A stretch of DNA of 64,000 nucleotides from Lama glama (Eukaryota): the NCBI GenBank assembly GCA_028534125.1, contig CM052818.1:10728001-10792000 (forward strand), read 5' to 3'. The notes under the pieces were generated by a model. That model saw only the letters and a program-made list of their open reading frames with translations. It searched no databases and was not told the origin of the DNA. This document shows, piece after piece, positions 13,401 through 25,140 of this stretch (positions are counted from its first letter, which is position 1; each line of letters begins with the position of its first letter). The translations under genes and the position numbers were made by a program.

Positions 13401-16235
13401 TGTAGAGTTACTTGTGGGCTTATGTCATCAGGGAATGCTTCCTGGTGGAGGCAGTCATTTGGGCCTTGAATAGTGGGTAACATTTGAACAGACATTTCCT
13501 TAGTGGGAATGGAGTTGAGGTGTTTTTAGGCTTTGGAAATACCATTATAAATGGTACAGAAATGACGAGAGCACTACCTCTGCCAGGGCAGTGCTCCAAC
13601 TATGGGACTGAAGTGTAGCCCCTAAGCAAAAGGTAATGGAAAGTGATGCTGGGCATGTCTGCTTTGGAGATTTCTAGATGCTGGTTATGCTTTCCTCCTA
13701 TGGGCCAGCTACTTTTACCTTAGTATTGTAGCATGCGGACCTATCATAATCCATTGTGGGGTATATCAGAGTAATGTGAGTTTAGGACAAATAACTAGTA
13801 GAAATTTTGTTTGACTTATATTTGTTTCATGTAAATTAAAGTTGTTGCTTTTATAATCATGTGTAGTAGGGATCTTCATGTGCCATGAAGTCTTCTACTG
13901 TCTGGGGTTTAGGCATGACTGGGTCAGCTTGGCCAATTAGTGGGGCAGAATGAGTAACATGCAGTGTGCCATGTGCATGATATCCACCAGCATGAGGCTG
14001 AAGGGAATGGATCTAAGGGTGAATAAATCCATCATACAGAGCGTGAGACAGTGCCAACACCTTCATCATCACTCAGGAGTCTGTGTTCTCATGGCAGCTA
14101 CTCTTGGAATCTGCTCCTGATGCATATCTAGGTCCTGAGATGACAGAAGGCTACAGATACACGTCACATATTTGGGCTCAAAGAACATTGCCTTTGGGCT
14201 TCTCTAACAGAATGCCACATGGAATGGAGAGAATGCTTTGTCACATATCTCCTCACTGGTAATGGGCAGCAGAAGAGAAGTTCTGTCCTTAACAGAGTAG
14301 CTGAAAAGACTGAGGCACAAAGAACAGCTCAGTTGCTGTGAGATATTCAGGAAATTTCCAGAAGAACTTGAAGCAAGGACTTCAGTAGATGGAGAGGAGA
14401 TAAATATATATATATATATGTATGACTTGACTTCCTACCAAAGCAGGTAACCGATTACTTCGGTAAGCAGTGTTACTCTCTCTTGTGTACCAGTGCAGTC
14501 ACTGACCGGTAAGAAGGGGAGTGGCCTTAGAGCTACAAGGCTTACTGTGTCAACACGAGAAATCCAGTGCCATATGCAGGAGCATCCATCACCCATCAGA
14601 GGTACAGGGGCAGGGGGAAACACCTGAGAACCTCGGCTATAAGTAACTGGAGCCATTGAAATTTCAAATGGGTGATGTCTAGAGGAAAGTGATTTTCTGT
14701 GAAAAACCTAGTAGCCAGGTGAAGTAAGGATTAATTAGAGCATATTTTGAAGGCCAGGAGGCCAGCTTTGGAAGGGATGTTTAATGCAGCCAGCGTGGCA
14801 GTTGAAATCAGAAAGCATATGTCCATGCTCCAGCTCTCCCAATTAGTTGCTGTGTGCCATGGATAAGTTTCTTCGTTTTCTGAGCCCACTTCCTCACATA
14901 CTGTGTGGTCCATGAGATAAGAGCCCTGGTTTACCTCTCCTCCTATTCTGCATCGACGTCACCGATTCTACTCAGAATGTGCTTCTTCCTTGTCTGAGGC
15001 ATATGGGATCCTTTTACCCAGATTTGCTCTATCCCTAGCTACCCTTTGAAAGTATGAAAACATGGAAGAATCTTCTAAGAGTTTTTTGAGCACAAGGAAG
15101 AAATTAATAAGTATGCAAAAATTTACAAAGCAGTATTTTGCAAAAGGTTCTGCAGTGACTATTCATTTTCATCTTCAAGTTCACCTTTCCTGGTACCCTT
15201 TCAGTTTCCCTGGGGACTCGGCTGTTAGTTTTTCCCCTGAACGTTAGCCCTGGCTAAGTCTGCTCTCTGACATTGGTATTCAAGTGTGCTGCTCCCCCTT
15301 TTTTTGTGAGCTCTTTCACTTTTTTGTAGAAGCCGCTGGAGGAGAGGGGTAGTGAGTGTTCATGGTATTACTGTGGTCCATGAGGCCCAAGGAGGAAAAG
15401 CGAGATCTCCGCAGGGAGCTCCAGGTTAGGCCTAGTCATGTCTCTCTTCTTCATGCAAGAAGCATGGGGTCCCACGCAAGACAGTTATTACAGTGTCTGT
15501 GTGGTAGTTTCACAAGCCGAGATGGTCACCTTTTCTTCTTGTGGCCCTTGGAGTATTCTGAACTGAAATCAACTGAGTGTGAGCTGGGAAAAGGGACAGG
15601 GAGATAAAAAGGGAAACTGAGTGTGCATTTGTGTCTGTATATCTGTATGCTGTGTGATTATGTTTATATTTGATGGAAAAATTCAGAAAATGTGTATGGG
15701 GAGGGAGAGAGAAATCATTCTAACCTAGTATTTCGACTCTTAGATAATATAAGATGATCGGGTCTAGGACATAGTAGGGGGTTAAGAAATGTTGGTCCAT
15801 TTCCTGGTGAAATGAACTGTAAAAGCGTGAGCAGGTCATATACACTGGGATTCCTGTTACATATTGAAATATATAACACAAATCCTAGGACAGAATACTG
15901 GAAAGTGATTTTCAGCTCAGGTTCTCAGGTTCTTTTTTTTTTTTTTTTTTCCCTCTTTTCCTCCCTTCCCCCCTTTTTTGGGTGGACCGGGGATGATGCT
16001 GTTCCTGAACACGGACCTTTTTCTCTCTTTTCCCTGCACCTGATGAATTCCCATTTGTGTAAACTGTGATGTGCTTCTAAAGTGTGATGTGCTTCTATAT
16101 GTTGGTTAAGTTGCTTGGAACTTCATGGGCCATGTGGATTTTCTGCAGGAAGTTATTTTTCTCTCCTTGTTTGACATGGCGGTGGCGGGTGCTTGGCGAA
16201 GGAATGTGAGAGCTCATTAGAGTTTATTGTATGGT

Positions 16236-16335
16236 GCAGCAGGGGGAAGTGAAATTATAGAAGCCAGGGGGCGTCGGGGGAGAGGCAATTGCTAGACTAG
16301 TGCTGACACCAATAACTTTTTACGAGGGTGAGTCA
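16236..16335. promoter_or_regulatory. Candidate enhancer motif cluster
   Basis: ETS-IRF composite GGAAGTGAAA (16245-16254), CTCF-like core CCAGGGGGCG (16264-16273), posterior-HOX TTTTACGA (16318-16325), AP-1 TGAGTCA (16329-16335), locally more CpG; motif matches only. Confidence 0.3.
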
Positions 16336-18699
16336 AAGCATCAGGGAGGCTGGAACCAAGTTTCCGCCCTCTTGAACCTATTACTGTAGATCATGACACA
16401 GAATGGAAGGAAGGCAAGCCTCTCTCTCAGGCTGGGTGGAGAGAAAGACTAAAGTTATGGAGACAGATGTCAAGGTATTTGAACTCAACTAGTGGTTAGG
16501 GTGGGTGGGAATATTAGGAGACACCATTAGTGTGGCAAATATAGTAAAAGTCAATACCTGATTGTCTAGAATAATGGGGGGCAAGAAGCACGTCCTTGGT
16601 GAATAAAATAGCTACAGTCGGTGATTTCCACAGACACCTAAGATTATAACTTCTCCCCTCCATTTTCATCTCCTTGTGAGAACAAGGAATTAGTGTAATG
16701 CTCAGCCTACCAGAGGAAGAGGGTAAATCTTGGACACATAGAGCTTGAAAATTAGCCCCTTTGATGGAGACACTGTAGTATCCCATCTTACCAACATTTT
16801 TACATTGAGAGTTGGCAGAGTGGCATGAACTGATCAAGTTGTGATCTGCATTGCTGATGAAGCTGGCCCAAACTAACCATTCTCTGCCAATTCCCGTGTG
16901 ACTCATTTGTTCATCCCTAGGAGAGGCCACAGTTAGGAAAGGCATAAGTGAGCCAAAACTTCTCTATGCTAGTGGCACCTAGAACTTGGCATTTCCCAGA
17001 GATGTTGTTGTCCTAGAATACTTCTAACCCCTCAGGTGGCCTCAGCTGGTTCCCAAAAGAGAGAATCATTCCCTTCAATCAAGTAAGAATAGAACTAAAT
17101 TAGTAAAAACATCTAATGTATGTCCTTATACTTCATCGCCCCTGATGTCAGTACTCTGCATTTTTATGTATGTTTTCTTACTTCTTTCTCCCACTAATAA
17201 ACATACCTGCCTCTGGATATTACTAGCAGAAGACTCAAGACACTTTAAGTGAGATCCCTTAACCCATCTGCATTGCCCATTAAAGAAAAATCCCAACAGC
17301 AGCCCCAGCCAACTATGGAGAGTGTCTCTATGTCACAGGAGGTGTCAAATTGTTAACATTTACCTGCATCTGCCAATGCTGCATGGCCCGTGAGCAAATG
17401 CTCTAGCTGTGGTCAGCTTTAGGTGGACACTGGCAGGGGTGTAGAAGAGAAGGGCTCTATCTGAAATTTCTTAGAGTGGCATCCTGTCCTGTATCAAAAG
17501 AAAGCTGCATTGTGTGGGAGCACAAAGTGAGGTTGCAGACACCCGTTGGGACTGGATGGCAGGCCTATGCTTTCCACTTGGTCATTGTGCCCGCTTTGTG
17601 TGTGGTCACAGTGGTGCTGCTCCATTAGGATTCTTGGAGAGTGAGGACTTCTTGGATGGCATTCAATGGTCTTTTGTGCAGATCTGGAAACCAGCCTTGG
17701 TGAGGTTTTAATGCATGTGAAGAAGAGGGTGTGTGTAAAGGAAGCGATGAAATGGAGCTGATTCCAAGGCCCTGGGGTCTAGACCTTTTGTCTTTAGCTT
17801 CCATTGACTTTGGCATTCAAGAGTCTCATCTGGTATGTCTCTTGGAGACAGAGGTGGATCAGCCCCCTCTGCTGACTTCAGGATAGCTGTTCACACCCTC
17901 AGCAGTGTTCCCTTCTGAGCTGGAGATAGTGGGAACAGTGCACACATACTTGGCAGCATCTTCTCACTGAGCACCACTCCCGGGCTGTTCTCTGCGGGCT
18001 TGGGGCCTTTGCTTTGGGCATACTCCCAGATGAAAGGTTTTCCCTTTTGGTGGTCATGGACAAAACTGGCAACAGGAGAGCGCCCTCTAGAAACAGGACT
18101 GCTGCCCTGTTTGTCCTCAGGCTGTCTCCTCTTCCTAGCTACTTTTCTTGCAGAGCAACATGCTCACAAGATCTATCCTCCTTTTTGTAGGCTCTCTCTG
18201 ACCTTTATTTTAAGTATCGTGTGACATGTGTACATGTGTTTTTATTGCAGACTGCCTCAAATCCATTTGGATATGGATGCTATACAAATTATAAATAAAT
18301 AAATACATGATAAAGAGAAGATCTCTTCCTTGCCAGCTCGTTGCTTAAAAAGCAGCAAGTTTGCACTTGCGTGACTCTGCTTTTGCTGGGCCCCATGCCG
18401 GCAGCCAACAGGAGTGAAAACAAAATCTGTCCCTTTCAACACCACACATTCCTCTCCTGAGCCTAGGGGAAGAGGTGGCAAGTACCATTTGCCAATCAGG
18501 AACCAGATAGCCTTTCCTTCACTGAATCCCACATCTTTAATGAAATTCCACCCAGTTTTGGAGAATCATGCTGGTAAATAAGATAGCTTTTCCTAGCAGG
18601 TACAGACCATCTCTATCTCATGCCTTCCCCACAATTTTACCCACCCCCCTGGCTTCCTCTCCTGTTCTGCCCCTCTGCCTATCTCTTAGGAACCTTGTT

Positions 18700-19950
18700 T
18701 TTCTCATAAGCAAATGCTCCACCATCCTTTGCTTATTCTGCACAAGAATCTCTCAGCACCTGCTTTAATGAAATCTAGGCTTCCCTTGAACTCCCATTAC
18801 TTCCAAAGAGGGCATCTGCTTATTGTTTCGGTAGTTGCTTTGTTTATCTCTTGCTTACTCCTCATCTTGCTGACTCTCTTTCAAGTCACTTTTCTGCCTT
18901 TGAACCCTGAAGCCCACCTCTTCTCTTTTCATTTTCTTTGGAGAACATTGGGCCCACCAAACTGAGGCTGTTGAAATCATTCTGGGTGATTCCTTTATGT
19001 CTTCTTTTATTTGGGCTTTTATTTCTCCTGTCTCTGTTTTGGAAGTCGTCTTCCTCCTTCCCAAGGCTAGGTCTTCAGCTTTGTCCTGAGTATTAGTCAT
19101 TCTCTGCTACTCCACTTTCTTGCCCCCATTGATTTAGCTCTTCTCTTCTCGTGACTTGACTTACTTCTCTGTGAGTTTTACCCCAACCTTTATATTTTAA
19201 AAATATTAATAAAATAGAAACAGTCATTCTGCCTTGTTACCTCCACAGGCCATTTTCCTCTCGCTGTTTTTCTTTTCATCATTAGCCTTTTGGAAGGAAT
19301 TGCCTGTATGTTGACACCCCTACCTACTTCACCACCCTCATGCCATTTCTGTGTGACTCCCAGTACCATAACCACAGAGAAATGACTTTCTTAAATATTA
19401 TTCATAACCCTTTGTCTGCCAGATCCAACTGACTCCTCCCACCTTCCATTCTACGGGATATCTTCTTGCTCCTCACCCTGTGCTTGCCTTCCTTGCTATC
19501 CTTTAGGTCCTACTGCCCCTAAAATTGTTCCTTTTCCATGTCATTTGCTGCTTCTTTGAGTCCATTCCCTTTCTCTTCTGAGATTTTCAGTTTTTGAATC
19601 TCAGTGGTCTACTTCACAATTCCTCCTATTTGAGATTCTATCCTGGTAGACTCTCAGACTCCCTTTTCCTCCTTCCTACTCTCATACCGAAAAACAACTG
19701 GCTTCTTTCACCAGAATATTCTTCTTCCAGCCTCTGTATTCTTTGAGTTCCCATCTTCCATAGTTCATACATTGAGTCAGTTGTTAGGTATTGTTGTTAT
19801 CCCTCAACAGTGTCTTACATTCTTTCTCTTTCTTTCTGTTCCCACTATCAACCCCTGTTTCAGATATCTCTGCCTCCCCCAAAAGCTGCCCACTGAGTAT
19901 TATGTGTATTTGGAGGGCAAACTTCATTTGGAGCCTGAACCAAAGACATA
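18700..19950 (+). mobile_element. Highly diverged L2-like internal fragments
   Basis: C/T-rich sequence with L2-like 'gccagatccaactgactcctccc'; boundaries uncertain. Confidence 0.35.
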
Positions 19951-20660
19951 CAGGAGATCCTCTTCTCTGCCCTCTTACTTCACTATGCATATGTAGACCA
20001 TGGAAAAAATCACTTATGCCTTCCTAATGATGGTTTTGTTGTGTTGAATGATGTAAGTTTATTTAGTTTATGTTAGGTTTACAGCAAAATGATATAGATT
20101 TTAAGTCAGGTTGTTCTGTGCTGAATTATTTACCCAGAAAGAGCAGAGTTGGAGTAACTTGGGGTAGGCAAAGATCAGAGGTTGATCTCATGGAGAAACC
20201 CAGAAGAAGAGAATGCCCTCAGAAGACAGGAGAACACAGGAGACATTTCAGCAGTGACTGGCTTCAAATAAGACAAGGAAGAGAATCTTAATGGAGTTCC
20301 TGGAAACATTGCTTCTAAGCAACAAAATAATGTTGATGTCATATTTAACATTTAAACTCTATAGCAAGAAGTAAACAAGGAGAGGAGGGGAAAACTATGA
20401 AAATATTAGAGACATGTGTTGAAGAGCAGGAAAACCCATGCAAAATTATGATAACAGACGCTTTATTGCAGCAAAAATGTATATACCCTTTGCCCTATGT
20501 GTTTATATGTAGTGTTTATATTTGTATACATTAATTTTATTCATTACTGTGTTGCTTTATAGATAAATAATTGTATTTCTGAATGCAGAAGAGTGGGCCA
20601 TTATATATATGTGGCCATGAGAAAAATCAGTTATGCATTCCTAATGATGGACTTGTTGGA

Positions 20661-20710
20661 GATATATATATATCTATATATCTATATATATATCTATATA
20701 TATATATATC
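20661..20710. repeat. (TA)n-type microsatellite with C interruptions
   Basis: Direct reading. Confidence 0.9.
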
Positions 20711-20874
20711 CTTCAGCTTCTTCTTCCTGAGATTTTCTTGTGCTAACTTAAGGAGAACTTTGCTAGATTTTTGAATATACTAAAGTGGTACCACTAATCT
20801 TCCAATGATACAAAACAGAAATAAAGATAAAGTACTAAGGAATATTAAACAGCCTCCTTGGATCTCACCCTTAT

Positions 20875-22732
20875 AATTTTTTTATTATGGTAAAATGTAT
20901 ATGTCAAAATTTGCCATTTTAACCATTTTTGGTGTGTAATATTTATTGGCATTAATTATATTCACAATGTTGTGTAATCCTTTAACCCCTATTTACTTCC
21001 GTTTTTTTCCCTCAATCCAAACAGAACCTCTGTAACCATTAAACAACAATTCCTCATTCCTCCTACCCCCCAATCCCTGCTAACATCTAATCTATGTTCT
21101 GTCTCTATGAATTCACCTATTTCAGATATTTAATATAAGTGAAATCATACAATATTTGTCTTTTTGCCCCTGGCTTATTTCACTAAGTATATTTTCAAGG
21201 TTCATAAATGTTCCAGCATGTATTCAAACTGTATTCCTCTTTATGATTAAGTGTATTCCATTGTGAGTATACAGTCAGCATTCCATATCTGTCGATTCCA
21301 CATCCTTGGATTCAAACAACCATGGATTGAAAATACTCAGAAAAAAATTCCACAAAGTTCCAAAAAGCAAAAATTGAATTTGCCACATGCTGGCAGCTAT
21401 TTACATAGTATTTACATTGTATTAGGTAGTATAAGTAATCCAGAGATGATTTAAATGATACAGGAGGTTGTGTATAGGTTATATGCAAATACTGCACCAT
21501 TTTATTTAAGGGACTTGACCATTAGCAGATTTTGGTATCTGCAAAGGGTCCTGGAACCCATCCCCTGAGGATACTGAGGGATAGCTATATCCCATTTTGT
21601 TAATCCATTAACCTGTTGATGGGTTATTATAAATAATGCTTCCATAAACACTGGCACACAAGTATTTGTTTCAGTCTCTGTTTTAAATTCTTCTGGATAT
21701 GTACTTAGGAGTAGAATTGATGGGTCATATGGTAATTTTATGTTGAACTTTTTGAGGAACTACCAAACTGTTTGTTCTTAGCAGCTGCACCATTTTACAT
21801 TTTCATCAGCAATGCATGAAGGTTCTAGTTTCTTTACATCTTTGTCAACACTTGTGATTTTTTTTTTTTAATTAGAGCCGTTTTAGTAGGTGTGAAGTGG
21901 TACCACATTGTGACTTACATTTGCATTTCCCTAGTAACTAATGGTGTCAAGCATCTTTTCACATGATTGGCCATTTGTATACCATCTTCAGAGAAGGATC
22001 AGTTCTGGTGCTTTGCCAGTGTTTGAATTGGGCTGCTTGTCTTTTTGTTTTTGACTGTAGTGGTGATTTGTCTATTCTGGATCTTTTATCTTCATCAGAT
22101 GTAGGATTGGCAAATACTTCCTCCCACTCTGTAAGATGACTTTTTATTTTCTTGATAATGTCCTTTGCTTTTAGTTTTAGTTTTTAGTTTTGATGAAGTC
22201 TGATTTATTTATTTTTCCTTTTGTTTCTCATACTTTTTTAGTGTGATTGTTAAGAATTCATTGCCACATCAAAAGTCATGAAGATTTACTGCTGTGTTTT
22301 CTACTATGAGTTTTTATGTTTTTAGCTCTAGTATTTAGATTATTGATCCATTTTGAGTTAATTTTTGTATGTGATGTGAAATAGGGGTCCAATTTCATTC
22401 TTTCGCATGCAGAAATTCAGTTGTACCAACACTGTGGTTGAAGACTGTTCTTTTCCCTATTGAATAGATTTGGAATCTTTGTCAAAAGTTAATCAGCCAT
22501 GGATGTATAGGCTTCTTTCTGGACTCTTAATTCTATCCCATTGGTGTATACGTCTACCTATTCCATAGGTAGTCTAACACTATCAAACTGCTTTGGTGAC
22601 TGTAGCTTAATAGTGAGATTTGAAATCAGAAAAGTTGAGTCCTCTGACTTTATTCTATTTTAAAATTGTTTCAGCTTTTTGGGTCCCTTTGCACTTCCTT
22701 ATGAATTGGAGGGATCAGCTTCTCCATCTCTG
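20875..22732 (-). mobile_element. L1MB-like LINE, 3'UTR and ORF2 C-terminal third, interrupted by MER2
   Basis: Poly-T then 'tattatggtaaaatgtat...ttaaccatttt'; 'tttttgaggaactaccaaactg', 'tccattttgagttaatttttgtatg'; ends at the KLILKFIW-equivalent 'atgaattggagggatcagctt'. Confidence 0.9.
21272..21587 (-). mobile_element. MER2-family TcMar-Tigger MITE nested in the L1 3'UTR
   Basis: TIR-like ends 'cagtcagcattccatatctg' and 'gatactgagggatagcta', TA on both sides, internal 'gtataggttatatgcaaatactgcaccatttta'; L1 sequence is continuous across it. Confidence 0.9.
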
Positions 22733-23305
22733 TCTTGACAGTTTCCTCACCCTCCATGAAGTACTTGAAGAGCTTGCTCTCAAGCTTCACTTAGCTGAGG
22801 TGAGCAGCTGCAGGTAGACCACCAGGTAGTTGGAGGTACTCTGGTTTTTGAAGGAGGCTAACAGGTCTGCTACTGAGGTCTGCTTCTCCATCTGCTCGAT
22901 CAAGTTCATAGAGGTGGTGTGGAAATCCTCAACTGTGAACTTAGCCCTAGAACATGTACTGTTCACTCTTGGCAGACACGACCTTGAACCACTGCAAGTC
23001 CTTGCTGTCATCCAGCAGTACCTCCCAGTGGGAGAATCTGAGGCTCCATAAAGCAGTTCCCATCAGGACCAGTCTTGCTAATAAGTGAGTATTTTTTGCC
23101 AAGGCCCTTCCTTGATCTTACGTTGATAGGTGCTGTCATCCTCAACACACTTTTTCTACAGGACTGAGTTCCAGCTACTCAGAGACCAGATGGTTTTACA
23201 CAGCAGTCTCTTGATGAATTCAGCCTGCTGAGCCATGATGGCTTCATCACAGACAAGACAGTTAACACCTTTGGAGTTGCTACTTAGTTGTTTCTTCTTC
23301 TGCTC
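22733..23305 (-). pseudogene. OTUB1: OTUB1 (otubain-1 deubiquitinase) processed pseudogene fragment, about residues 8-201, disabled
   Basis: Minus-strand translations SKGVNCLVCDEAIMAQQ, KTGPDGNCF, FSHWEVLLDDSKDLQWFKVVSAKS, FTVEDFHTTSMNLIEQMEKQTSVADLLASFKNQSTSNYLVVYLQLLTS, ESKLFKYFMEGEETVK are colinear with OTUB1 without introns; frameshifts and stops; no ATG, C-terminus, 3'UTR or poly(A). Confidence 0.95.
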
Positions 23306-23322
23306 AATAAGTTTTCTTTTTT

Positions 23323-25140
23323 AAATTCATTCATCTCTGATTATTTTCTGATTGCCTTTGTGATTTCTTCTTTGGCTCATAGTTACTTAAGAGTGTGTTG
23401 TTTAATTTACACATACTGGTAAATTTTCCATTTTTCCTATATTGCCTGTGAGCAGACAGTTTACTTTATGTGATTTAAATACTTTAAAATTTATTGAGTC
23501 TTGTTTTGTAACCTACTAATGTGTCTCAGTGTATATCTCTTTGAGTTTAGCCTATATGGGATTTGTTGACCTTTGTGGACTCATAGATTCATGTTTTTCA
23601 CCAAATTTGGGAACTTTGGGAGCCAGTACTTCTTCAAATACTTTTTTCTGCCCCTTTCTCTCTCTCATCTCCTTCTGGAGAGTGGGTATGCTGGTCTGCT
23701 TATCACATAAATTTCTTAGGCTCTGTTCACTATTTTTTTTTTTTTTTACTCTTTTCTTTCTACTACTCAGACTGGGTAACTTCAGTTGCACTATATTCAA
23801 GTTTACTGATTCTTTCTTCTTCTAACTCAAAACAGATGTAGAACCCTATTAGTGAATTTCTCATTTCAGTTATTACTGTTTTCAGCATGAGAACTTCTTT
23901 TTGGGACCTGTATTATAATTTCTATCTTTTTATTGATATTCTCATTTTACTTATAGTTTGTTTCTCTGGTTTCCTTTAGTTCTTTGTGTTTTCCTTAAAC
24001 TATTTATGTATATTTAAGAGAGTTATTTTAAAGCATTTATCTTACAATTGTAACAGTTGAACTTCCTCACAGATGGTTTTTGTCAGTTAATTTTGTTCCT
24101 TTGAATGAGCTATAATTTCCTGTTTCTTTCTGTGCTTTGTGATTCTTTATCGAAACTGGACATTTGAATAGTGTAAGGTGGGAACTCTGGAAATCAGATT
24201 TATTCCATTTTGATGACTTTGCTTGCTGAATACTGTAGTAGTTCATTTGTTTAATGATTTCCCCAAAATATTTTTGCAAAGACTGTGTTCCTTGTTGTGT
24301 GTGGCCACTGAAGTCTTTGTCCCTTAGCTTACATTCAGCTAGAATTTTGACAGAGATTTCCTTGAATGCCAGAGCTGAACAAACAAACACCTTTCCCAGT
24401 ATTTGCAGGTCAACTCTATGCCAGGGCACTCCTTCAACACTTAGTCAGGCTTGCACTGAGCCTAGGGGTCAGTCTGAAGTAAAAGCTTAGTGTATTCTCA
24501 AGTCTTTTCTAAGCATTCATCATGCTTTGGGCATGCATGGTTTTCTAAATTTCCCTGGATATATGACTGCTTTTATATGTTCTAATTTACTGAGTTTTTG
24601 CTCTCAGGCCTTGGGTGGTCTGTTGTATGTTTTGACTGTAATTCTTTGCCCCAGGGATCTTAGGTTTGTCAGTTTAGCTTGCATATTTTTGAGCAATACC
24701 AACTGCTTTTATGTACTGATTCCCTAGTTAGATGAAACAGACGAGCACTTTATGTTAGTCCTACAGGTCACATTTGGTTAGAACAGACATACACAGTCAT
24801 TTGTGAATAAACTCTACTGTGCTCCCTCCTGAACCAAGGATCAGGGTCCTAACATGGGAGTTGGAACTGCTGCTGCTTTGATGTCATCATTATTCTGAGG
24901 AGGTGATGGGACAAAGCAAGTAAAAATGCCACAAAGCTTTCTTACTGTCTTGAAGTTGCCTTTTTTTTTTTTGATTCAACATCTACTTCGTTGCTCTAAA
25001 CATCGAGTGTTTTCCAGAGTTCTGATAAAGTTGATTCTAACAGTTTCTGCTTGCTTTTTTAATGTTTTGTTTTTGTTTTTGTTTTTGTTTTTTGTGGGGA
25101 AATGAGAACTTGGAGCTGTCTACTCTGCTGATGTCACTCC
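23323..25140 (-). mobile_element. 5' portion of an old L1: post-EN ORF2 fragment (about 23323-23520), ORF1 fragment (about 23525-24000) and 5'UTR
   Basis: ORF 23552-23800 gives ORF1-like 'EQSLRNLCD...ERERKGQKKVFEEVLAPKVPK'; 'gtgatttcttctttggctcatagttacttaagagtgtgttgtttaattt' matches the ORF2 NTLLNN..WVKEEI region. Confidence 0.8.

Noticed and set aside
22787..23011. OTUB1-like 74-aa ORF as a functional retrogene
   Set aside because: Only part is in the OTUB1 frame; frameshifts and stops flank it; catalytic His region, start codon and promoter are absent
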